Assembly (NCBI GenBank): GCA_002633005.1
Contig: NMRA01000236.1
Location: 279,030 to 343,029, forward strand
Direction: 5' to 3'
Length of the DNA stretch: 64,000 bases
From: Phoronis australis
Lineage: Eukaryota; Animalia; Phoronida
Shown here: positions 38,868-50,400 of the stretch, piece by piece
Numbering within the stretch: the first letter of the stretch is position 1
Layout: every line of letters begins with the position of its first letter
Program-made: the position numbers and the translations under genes
Notes under the pieces: model-generated
The model's database searches: none
Told to the model about the DNA's origin: nothing
Seen by the model: only the letters and a program-made list of their open reading frames with translations

Positions 38868-39454
38868 ATTAGTGATTTAAAATGTGATCGAAAAACCAAC
38901 TTCTAAGGTTTTTAGTAAGCCACAACGTGCTGTCTATTTATGTGTTCATAGTTTTTCATGTTTTCCACGTTCGTGGGTAATTAGTTTTCATGCACGAATA
39001 ACTGACTGTGCAGCGACGTTTACATTTTGTTGGAACATCCGAACACACAAAACATTCCTAATAATTACACTCGTCATTAAGCCTTATTTTTGTTGAAGTT
39101 ACTGCTTTGCTTCGACTGTAGATTTGAAGCAGTGATGAACTAATCAACAGGCACACTAGATGCGGTGTTTTGACTCAACAGGCACACTATATGCGGTGTT
39201 TTTTTACAACTTAAGCTGACTTATTTACAACTATGATGTAATCATTTGTTATTAATGAGAGATCATAACTGCAATGGGAGGCCGCACACTCGCACTTGTA
39301 AGATACGACGGACTGTCCTCAGACTTCCTCTCTTTGGAATATTTGAATGAACACTGAAACAAAGGTTAGCATCTGAATCAATTAGAATCGCAACCATATA
39401 AGGGAAAACAATGCAGAGGTGGGGCGCCCAGTTATTGGTTATGGTGGACCTTGG

Positions 39455-39817
39455 TTAATTGGCCTGCCAAACTTTGTAGGCTACCCAAGGCGATGTGTCC
39501 TGCAAATAAGAATGAATCCGTAACAGCGAAATAAAACAACGTGTTTTTATAAGAACTCGGTGTGTTTTTAAGGGTTTTACATCGAAGTTTGATGATCTAT
39601 TCGTGTTAAACGATGAATTCAAGCGATAAGCTGACACCAGTAACCCGTGTTGTGAACTGCTGATCAGACTGCGTGTAAAACAAATGACGTCAATGAATAA
39701 TTTAAACACCTCCGTCTGCCGTCAGGTGTCAGGTAACGCAACAGAATGTGCCGTTATCGAGTAGAACTCGGAGATTGATACAAAATAGGTTGTTTTTTGG
39801 GTGGCATTCTCCCTTAA
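39455..39817 (-). mobile_element. Kolobok-like left-end fragment (inverted copy of 24576-24935)
   Basis: Reverse-complement match including terminus GGGTGGCATTCTCCCTTAA. Confidence 0.8.
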
Positions 39818-39820
39818 CAC

Positions 39821-40665
39821 GCTTACTGGTGTCAGCTTATCGTTTGAATTCATCGTTTAACACCAATAGATCATCAATATTCGATGTAAAACCCTTACAA
39901 ACACAGCGAGTTTTTGAACAAAGGTGTTGTTTTATTTCGCGGTAACGGATTTATAGGGACATGCATTGGAACGTACCGTAGCCTACAAAGTAAGGTAGCT
40001 CAATTTACCAAGGTCGGTCGCGGAAGTTTGGATTCTATTCGGTGATAAATTCGAATCATCTTCGGTGAAATTTAGACAGGGGAATATTGCTGTGATTTTA
40101 TACTTGCGATTTTTTCAGTTCGAAATACCCAAAACGCTTGTCATCCCGGCCGGACCGAGTGGCTCGGAACCCGATCAGGCCTGTCGCGGCCGGAATAAAG
40201 ACATCACGAACATAAACCAGCCAAATTTGAAAACTAAGCTTACAGTCACGAAAAGACTATACTAGTGAGCCAATGAATGTCTTTTTGCACGTGATTATTT
40301 TAGTGAATTAGCCGCGAAACTGTAACTCTACTTACTCGTTGGGGACCGCGAAGTCAGGTTCTCTTTCCACAGAACCGTCAGGACAAAAGTTGTACTGTAA
40401 CAATGATTCGAATATAAAATAGTAAAACTAGTAAAACTAAAATGACGAGCGTCGGTACTAAAATATATCAAAATATCCCCAAATATCGGGCGATGCGCTC
40501 TTTCTCAAGGGTGTGCTACAGACGACGCTCGTCATTTTAGTTTTACTAGTTTTACTATTTTATATTTTTATTCGTCGGTACCTGCACGGCATTGCAACAT
40601 CTATTTGATTTCAATGATTCGAATAATGTATATGTATATCCAAATAAAGATTCCCTAATATCTGA
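39821..40665 (+). mobile_element. Kolobok-like internal fragment (copy of ~24755-25420)
   Basis: Direct match from TTACTGGTGTCAGCTTATCG through AAATAAAGATTCCC. Interrupted by an insertion at 40415-40611. Confidence 0.75.
40415..40611. mobile_element. Short Penelope-like pLTR insertion with inverted arm and 14-bp TSD
   Basis: TSD CAATGATTCGAATA at 40401-40414 and 40612-40625. 44-bp inverted repeat 40411-40454 / 40523-40566. Degenerate hammerhead-like CTTGAGAAAG..CGATA on the minus strand. Confidence 0.6.
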
Positions 40666-43516
40666 CCAAGATTCAGAAACTCATAGTCCTCTTCACTTAA
40701 CAACACGATTTAATGACATAACATATTTTGGGTGTATAATTTTGAGGTCACCTCATCCATCTTAAATCTTTGTCAACACTTTTTGTATACAACTACTCTA
40801 GAGCTCTAGAGACCAGACGATTTCCCCGTTATACCCTGTTGAAGTATATTACCCGTATCATTACTGTATGCTAAGAAATACAACCCATCATTTTTAACCC
40901 TCATCATCCATGAATTTATAAGCTAGATGATGATGTGGGTGCGTGAATACATGATGTTTGTCGCATATATTTTCCCCTTGCGGAGAACCCCCCCCCCTTG
41001 AAGGCAACGAACGGGAGGGATGCGAGAACTTGGGGAGCATGGCGACAAGGGGGAGGGGCGGCGACGGGAGNGGGGGGGGAGGTGGCGGCGACTGGAAGAG
41101 GGTGGTGACCAGGGGAGGGTGGCGACGGGGGGGCGGGGCTGGCGACCGGGAGGTTGCGGCAGGGGACCACGGGGGTGGCGACTGCGTGGTTCAGTTGGCG
41201 ACCGAGGGGGAGGGGCTGGCGACCGGGCAAGACAGTCTCACTCCCCTCCACTCAAGAAGACCTAATTGCTACGTCTATGCAATGGACCTTTTTACGAATA
41301 TACAAAAAATAATGAATGCGTACTTAAGTAGAGATTTGTAGGATGTATCGGACCAAATTTTGCACAGCGGTGTTCAAAAGAGGCGAGACCGTAGACATCG
41401 TATACCTATGTGCGAGACACTCGCAAGGTATGAGATCACTTGCTTCTCTTGTAATAAATGCAAGAGTGTTGTCGGCGTTGGATAGGATTTTACCTACAAT
41501 CCATTGTGTATATGACGCATCGTGCTCTGAGTGCAACCGCCGGCGGGGGGGGCACGCAATGTAAAGTGGGTACTGGGGTAGATGAAATTACACCCTTTCA
41601 CGAGTATGGAATAAGAATGATACTCGTTTTTCACAATTTAATTGACTTTTTTCAGCCGCGCGTCTCCAGAACGCAATTTCAATCTACTAAGGCAATATTT
41701 CCTCGCGCTATCTGTCGAATATAGCTTTTCGATCCTGATAAAATCAGTTCCCTGCCCTCGCACCGCTCTTCTCCATCATCGCTAGATCTTTTTTTGCGCC
41801 ATTTTGGGGCCCTACTGGGCCCTTACTAAGGTCCGGAAAAGTACGATACCTACATTTCTTGAGAGGAGAGACAGGGGGCTTTCAGATGCACAAAGAAATT
41901 TTAAAATCGAAAACAAAATAAATGTACTAGTAACATAATTGTGTGCCAGTAAATGTCGGATCCAACTGAATTGAGGAATTAAATTACAGATGGTTGAAAT
42001 CTGTCTTTTGCTGAAGTGGGTTGCATGTACCAGTACGGTAACTTGGTACTATCTAGACATTTCCCTTTTACTGCCACCGTGTGTTTTTACTGCGTGATAA
42101 TTATATTTTGAAATAAATCAAAACTTTATTGTTTGAAATGGTTACAGTATCTCAATGTGTTGTTTCTGTGTGTACACTTTTTTGTTATTCTTCTCGTTCT
42201 GGATGGCCAATCAGATGTTCTCAGTGTGCTTGTTATTGACAGAAAAAATCTGCGATTCCGCACATCATGGTCGGATAAAATGGGGTTATTGATTGGTGTA
42301 AAAAATAATATTGGTAAAAATTAATAATGCGAACGCGTTTATGAAACTCTAGTTCTTCTGGCATACATGCATTGCAGTCGTCGTGTTGTTTTACAACAGA
42401 GTCGATGACACAACTGTTTGAACTGTGAGACCATGTCGTTTCAACCTGTACTGTATGCATTACCAGTTCACCACGCTAAAAGGAATTAAGCACTAGGGCA
42501 AGTAATACTAGATAGTTAAAGAAAAGTTACGTGTGTATCAGTGAAGTGATTTTCCTTGAGACAGCTCAGCACACCTTACAAGCATTATATTTTTTGAAAA
42601 ATAATCTGCATATTGATGTAATTATTATTCCTTGGTATAACCTGAATTAGACAATTCCAATCACCTATCGGGAAGTTGGGTCTGTGCAAATGCATACTTC
42701 GACCTTCCTGCTTCTGCCGCCCAAGCAGTGGTGTTCACAGGCACACGCGACTAGTACAGTGTGTTTTTGGTGTCATTTGTGCATTCTTCTTTTTTATTGA
42801 AATACTTAATGTCTGGGTCAGTTTCTGTAACTGAAACGTTTTGCAAAATTTTGCTCTCATCTTTTATTCAGGCTGGCCTATGCCCTCAATTTCGAGTATG
42901 CACGTGTACACAAACATGTACTGTTCCATTGGTCAATTGTTACATACAAGACTTTACAGGCGCATACTGCTGTTTGAATGCTGATCGATTTCCATGGGTT
43001 TCTATTATTTTTTTCTACTTAATGCTCAAGTATTTCACGCGAACGCATGCCTTAAATCTTTTTGTTCGAATAAATCAAGTGGGGTCGGATCAAGGAATTT
43101 TTAGACTCATACTAAAAACTTTGGGAATGCAGTGATGTGCAGTGAGCGGCCCCCTTGTCAGCTGATCGTCTTGTCGGTTTATAAACAACCGAAAAGTAGG
43201 CCTACTATGCAATTATAACGACGAAAAAGGTTAATCACGTTGCTGTATAATACCATTTTCTAAACTGGATACATTTCAGTCCCTGGCCCTATAGGAGCAC
43301 TCCGTGCGAATTTCAGCCAAAGCATTGGGAATTTTGTCTTCAGTTTGCAATGGATTAGTAAGCAATGCGTGGGTCACATGTTTACATTGCTTTATGTTAC
43401 CGATATTTTAAAACCTCGTTAGTATTTAAAATTTCAAATTTTATTCTGAAGAATTCCCCGGCTTCCACCGTGCTTTTGTTTACATAGCGTTCATCATCAA
43501 TATGGCGGACCACGTG

Positions 43517-43554
43517 TAGTAGTAGTAGTAGTAGTAATAGTAGTAGTAGTAGTA
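43517..43554. repeat. (TAG)n microsatellite
   Basis: About 12 TAG units read directly. Confidence 0.9.
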
Positions 43555-43793
43555 TTTTTTTACAAGTACAATTAAATCAAACAGCTATAGGTATAACATT
43601 CGTAACTACCCAGCCCAGTTGCGCTTATTAGTCACTTTAACCACACAACTCAGATGTAGGCCTACCATAACTGTCGGTTTCTACATGTAAGTTCAAAAGC
43701 AGACTTGATATATTTGGCAAATTGCCTAGGGAAATACTGAAATAGCAGTTTTAACGTATCTAATCTACTGAAGTCTACTAAGTTCGGGATTTG

Positions 43794-43899
43794 AAGTGAA
43801 ACATTATTAAACAGAATAGACCTCCGTGAGTTATAAAGAGAACAATAAGTGAAACATTATTAAACAGAATAGACCTCCGTGAGTTATAAAGAGAACAAT
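43794..43899. repeat. Perfect 53-bp tandem duplication
   Basis: AAGTGAAACATTATTAAACAGAATAGACCTCCGTGAGTTATAAAGAGAACAAT occurs twice. Confidence 0.9.
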
Positions 43900-44416
43900 C
43901 AAAAACAAAATGTAGCTCATCCTCGGCCGAACCAGAATCACAACACAATTAAAGTCTCTCACTTACAGGAGTGTTTACATAACGACCAGTTTCCAAGTGC
44001 AATGGGAGATTTCCTGCTCTAAGCTGAGCCAGAAGAGACCGCTCGGAACGAGATAAATTAATCTTTACAGACGGCTCAATTAAAAACTCGTGTCAGTTAA
44101 GGTTCTTCACCTGGCGGGTTACAACAGATTCAGTCCAAGCATGTTTCGCGTATTCAAATAGTTTGTTACTAGCATCTGTTATGTTACAAGTAGTCAAATT
44201 TTGAAAACAGGATTGCATGCCAGTGAGTTATGTTAAGCAAATTTTTGATTCCGTCTGGCCAACCCTTTCTACCCACAGCCGCACTCTGGCTTGCGAGTGT
44301 AGTCGTGTCGTGCTATCCATCTCGCTGGTTCCCTGTGTGCCGCTAGGTGGTCAGTAGCCGGATAGGCACGTAGTTGGCTTACGTAATAAACGACTGTACC
44401 CAGTAGACGTGAAAAC

Positions 44417-47400
44417 ATGGCGTCCATCAGTAAGTGAAACACGTTGTTGTCTACTGTTGTTAACAGCAGTTTCTTGTTGAATTTTCTTTAAACGTTTGTT
44501 GAAAAACAGAACATGTCTGTAAGTGAATAAGGACTGAGTTAGTTAAACGACCTCGTGTATGGGATATCCGATCAGCAGTCGGCGAGCCATTATGGCAGGG
44601 AGCTTTTTGCCTAATTCGGTGGTTTAGTCCACAGGCGTCCTCAGCTTCTGATCGTCCCCAATACACTACATATGAATACTACCTTGTAGTATTTATATGT
44701 AGTGTATTGGGGACGATCAGAAGCTGAGGACGCCTGTGGTTTAGTCCCTCAACTCCAGTACTCCAGTATACACGTGGCAAGTAAAGCACGGAGTTCTGCG
44801 TGCGTCTTTTCAAAAAATATGTAATAGAATCGGTAGTCTGGCGAAGTTTGCCGGGTACAGCATGGGAGCTAGCTTATCAATGTATATATACTACTTGTTG
44901 ACTACAACTTATACATGTCATCATACATGTACACCTAGTAAGAGTAGTAAGTAATGGCATTAGTAATGCCCTAATGAGTTTGAACTCAAGGTCATATCTC
45001 GAGTCCAGTGATCATAAGCTAGTAAGGTGGACATGAAGCTCATCTGCGTGAACCACAATGTACTCTGGTTCACAGTCATGTAAGCTTACCTTGAGTTTGT
45101 ACTAAGGGAGGCTCAGGGAAACACCAAATATAATTTCAAGTTTGAGTTCTAAGGTTAGACTCTGGGCACAGGTTAGTGGCAGATTTAGAGGGGGGCAAAA
45201 GGGCCATGGCCCCCCTAAAATTCTCCTTGATTACATTTGGCAGTTCGGGGATGCAAACGTCCGACGGGAAAAATCCTGGCTAATACTCTGCCCTGCCCCC
45301 ACCCCAATTCAAAATCCTGGATCCGCCCCTGTAGGTCTATTCAAAACTAGTCTGCTGGCCTCAGTTTTAAGACTGGTGATAATGGCATTTCTTTTTGTTC
45401 TCAGGAATCTCAAATTTCCTCAAAGATGGTTTATCAAGACTTCAGTTGTATCAGCGGAAGCATTCTGCAAGTTTGGCTGCTGTCCGTGATATCCTTGAGG
45501 GGGAGCTGCAATCAATTAAAGATGCCGGCACCTACAAAAGCGAGCGAATTATTGTGACGAAGCAAGACGCAAAAATAAAAGTGCAGGGGAATGAAAAGAA
45601 CATTCTGAACTTTTGCGCCAACAACTACCTTGGTCTTTCTGTTAGTATTTAATTTTTTAAAACAAAGTTTCAATATGACCTAGTGCTGTCACACTTGTAG
45701 CTGTGTACAGTTTAATGTTTGCAATTTTTGTGACTACGAATGTTTAAGTTTTGCTTTCTCTCAATGGTGTAATGTATAAACATGTTTTGTGGGCCACTTC
45801 TTATTCATGTTTATCATTTTAAGGGCTTGTGGATATGTGAACAGATTGAAAAATTCTCCATGTATTTTCCATGTAGAAAATCTAACTTTACCCCTGTATT
45901 TTGTCCTTTCGCATCGTCGTTGCTATGATGTCGAACACTAACGCTAACAGCGAGCCTTAACAACTTGTGATCTTTTGTACATTCATGAAAGTACGGGTAA
46001 TTTTTAAGTAAAACTATGCGTTTTGTTTGTTGTGCCAGCATTCTTTTGTTTACACGATTGTGATATGAATTACACAGAGTTTGTTATTTGCATTTGCTAC
46101 CCACACACAATCCATTTTTGTATTGATTAGTTTGACAACAAACATAATCTTATAACTAACTTCTTGATTGAAATCAAAATTGGTGTGACCGGTTCAAATT
46201 ATACTCATTTTGTTTCCAACTGCCCATCTGTGGGAGAGGATAGCTGTGTCATTGGATCAAAACTAGTTGCAATATACCTTATATTTTGATGATGCAGTGG
46301 TTTAAGATAACAACATGCTTTGTCAGTTTTGGATATTCCGTCATTTTAGAGCCACCCTGATGTCATTGCTGCCGGAGTAGATGCACTGAACAAATACGGG
46401 GCTGGACTAAGCTCTGTCCGGTTCATATGTGGAACTCAGGTGAGTAAAATGGTTATTTTTAACTGAGTTGGAAAGATTTACAGACTTTCAAAAGTTGTGA
46501 GTAAACTGGTGTGCACCGAGTCATAAGTTAGGATATTTAGCCACAAGTCTGTTTGTAATTGTCCTACAAATGCAATGTACGGTACGGTACCATGCATGCA
46601 CAAGTTATGCCCACGGTTTTGTCACGTGTGAGCAAAAGCCAAAGAGCACGTTTTTAAAACGGGATGAACACCATAGTTGGTTACTACTTGGAAGCAGTCT
46701 GAAAGGGTTGGCTGTACCCAGCTGGAAATTTTGTGAGGATCATGTTCTTATGCATTACTGGTGGTGCTTTCCAAGCTCGGGATTGGTTTGCAATCTAATG
46801 GGAAACATGCTGACACTAGTTGGAATGTAATCAGGAACATGCTGACACTAGTTGCAATCTAATCGGAAACATGCTGACCCTAGTTGCAACATAATTGGAA
46901 ACATGCTGACACTAGTTGCACTCCAACTAGTGACCTTAATCAAACTTAATTTTTTGGGAATAAAATGTATTTCAAGCAGCATTACCTTTAGATATCTCAT
47001 AGGACCATGTTAATTACTGAAGGTAATAGCAAATTGTTTTTAGTAAACCCTCAGTCAGCTGGTAGTTATTTTGAACACATCATCCAGGATAATGTGATTG
47101 TCAGTTAAATTCCTTTCTACTCAAGGACATCCATAAAGATCTGGAATCCAAAATTGCCAAGTTTCATAACCGTGAGGACGCCATTCTGTATGCCAGCTGC
47201 TTTGACGCCAACGCTGGTATATTTGAAGTTCTCCTCTCCGCCGACGACGCCATAATCTCAGACGAGTTGAACCATGCCTCTATCATCGACGGAATCCGGC
47301 TGAGCAAAGCCCGTAGATTGCGATACAAGCATAAAAATATGCAAGGTTTGACAGTGAACAATTTTTATGTGCCCACATATTTATATTATTATTTACATTA

Positions 47401-50400
47401 TGCTGTCATCTCCATCTGTCCGGCTTCCGTTGCTCTATCTCCAAAACCCTTTGACATACGTTCATGAAATTTTGCACATATGTTCCTTCATGGATGGGAC
47501 GGCATGGGCGAACTTTCGGACGGATTCAAGTACCGGTGTGCTCCCTAGTGGCAATTTTTTGTTTTTAGGTTTACGTTTGTAGGTTCGAAGGTCCTCAACG
47601 GATTTTCAGAAAATTTGGAATATAGGCATCTATTGGTGAGATGATGTTATCCTCCCATTTCGGATATCGAGGTACTTTGCGCCATCTAGTGGCCTTTTTT
47701 TGCTGTTTTCGAGTCTGTTTTTGGTTGTCCACCCCTCGATCAGCCAAACCATTCTAAGGATGATTTTTGAAATTGGCGTATATGTTGTCAGTGTGAAGAG
47801 GACGGTTGACGATAACGACTACGACTACTGTGGCGCCTCCTAGTGGTAGTTTTGTTTTGTTCGGTGCCCATAGCTGCATCTCTTTAAAACACATTGCAGG
47901 ATATTTATTAAATTTAGTAATTGTATTGATATGAAGCTAACAGACAACGACGTCTTTCAGGCAGATCTAATGAACGCTGTGCCCCATAGTGGCAATTTCA
48001 TTTTTTCCATTTTCCTCTGCTTCTCTGAAGTTCCATGACAGATTTTTATGAAATTTGGTCAATAGCTTTCTGTTAAAGAAGCGATGGCATGTTCTCGTTT
48101 TCAAACGATTGAAGGTTTTTGCGCCCTCTAGTGGGCATTTTTATGAAACAAATAACCCTAGAAGCACTCCATTTGTGGTGCATTCGCGGGTGCAGTTGAA
48201 CACTCTTCTTTGCTTTTGTTTATGAGTTTTCGTTTCATTCTTTTGATATTGCGGTGTGAAAAAGTCTCATCTGAGGAAATAGGTTTCTTTTTGAATTTGT
48301 TTCAGGGCGTTGACGACTAAAGTGAACCAAACGAATATGCTCTTGGAGTTGTTTCTCGATGCGTCTGTTGTCTTTTGAATTTTGGCTGAAAATTTGTCTG
48401 CAGAGGGCTTAAGACTGTTACTTGAAATCAGGCTTAGACTAAAAATCAGAAAATTTGTCTACATCTCAAAGCCAAAAGACAGAAATACATGTCCTGCTTA
48501 AACAAAAAGATCAACTTCTGGCTATAGACTCTGGAGAAACAAGACTTAAATTTTGGTCATATGAGTTGCAATGTTATATTTAATACTGTGTAGTATTTTA
48601 GTTTAGTGTACTAAACTCTTTTCAGAGAAGGTTCATGACAAAATGCGCAAAATGTATGTGTAGTAGAATGCTGAGTGACTTAACTCTCAAGGTGATAGAA
48701 AGTTTGATGTGGTGGTTTATTTCAGATTTAGAATCTCACCTGAAGGAATCTCAAGATTGTCGAATGCGTTTAATTGTGACAGACGGTGTATTCAGCATGG
48801 ATGGCAATGTGACGCCTCTACCGTAAGCTTGTGTGTGCGTTATCGTTATTACTGGGTTCGGATTTGGTGGCTTGACCTCAGTATTTTGAAATAGTTGGAA
48901 TTTGTTCTCCGCTTGAGTACAGTGCAAACAGTGATTTAAAAAATCTGCTCTGGAGAGCATTTCAAAAGACCAGATTTCTGGTTGTCATGTTTATTGGATG
49001 TTTGTGAGCGGAAAGCTTAATATCTACAACTAAGAATGATGGGTTTTCAAATGAAAATGTAACTAAGAATGGGGTCTAACTATTTTTCACGATTCCTTGA
49101 ACTTGGCAATAATTACTTATTGCCCCTTGTTTTTTGCTATTATAGTTTTCTGCTATATAGGAAAGTCTGTCGTCATGCTTGTGGTGGAGTTGGGTTGCCG
49201 TGGTTACACACTATCTCCAAAACAACATTGTGTGTCTTGTCTTGTTGCATCATGAAAATCTGGATCATAAAATTTCAAGCAATCTATTTGCTTTATCGTT
49301 AATCTGTCCTGGGCTGGTGCATGTCATATGAGGTTTTATTCATATGAGGTTATGTCATTCTTAAAGTCCTAGAATCACATGTTTATGAAACGTTTAGGAG
49401 ACATTATAAGCAACCACGCTGTACTTATCCCATAACCAATAAACAATCCATAGTCGAAGAAAGTTTAAATAAACGCGGCACTCACGATTCCGACCTGAAG
49501 ATCACACTGCCATTTTGAACTAACCGCGAAACAGGAAGTACAGTTCATTCAGGAACCTCAACTTTCATGAAACCAAAACAGGGACAATTTGTACTGATAA
49601 TGTTGACAAAATGTGGAAAAATAAATTTTGACAGAAATTATTTTGCCGGGCTCGGACCTGCAGCCGATGACCCGGTGCAGACCGATCGAGACCACTCGCA
49701 CTGACAAAAGACGAAGGCATGCCGTCCCTGGCTGTTTTATCGGAATAAATGGTTCAAATCATGAATGTCATATATATACAAAGATAGTTTCCGACACTTG
49801 TATATAATTACGGACTAGTAAGTCCTGCGCCAACGATTGAATAACAACCGGGGCTGACTATGGCGGGCTAGGCTAATTGTGTTTTACTGGGTTTAATTAA
49901 CTCTGGTAAACAAACAGTGTAAGCAGAACAATGAACATGCAACATCAAATTATTGAATAAAATTGTTATACAGTTAGATTATACTGATAGTTAATATGGA
50001 AAATAAATTTAGACGCGACTTCGCTATGGCCGGGTGGTTGACTGCCAAGAGAATACTATTTGGTGCTGAAATAATTTCAGGTAGAAAACTTGCCATGGTG
50101 CCAAATGAGTTTGAAGTAAAAGGAATAATTCCCACTTAGCCAGAAACGTATACTCTGCTGCTGGCCGCCTGGCCGTGCGCAGACATCTGTGCTCCGCGGG
50201 GCAAGTTATTAGCTACCGGGCCCTGAATGAGTGAAATTCCTGTGACTAAGAAATTAAAAAAACACTGCATCATGCTCCTAACGCATCGCCGACATTCAGC
50301 TCAGTAAAACTCATTACACTCCCCCTGCCCCGGTTTGCAGCGCGGAATTTTTATATTTAGACAACTGAGGTATATATTGTAAGTTTGTTTTTGTGAAGCT

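Noticed and set aside
40916-41341. Gly/Pro-rich ORFs on both strands
   Set aside because: They arise from a low-complexity GGCGAC/G-run tract containing an N, with no splice or domain support.
43340-43500. Minus-strand C/D box snoRNA candidate (ATGATGA...CTGA)
   Set aside because: The boxes are about 155 nt apart, with no terminal stem and no recognisable rRNA guide.
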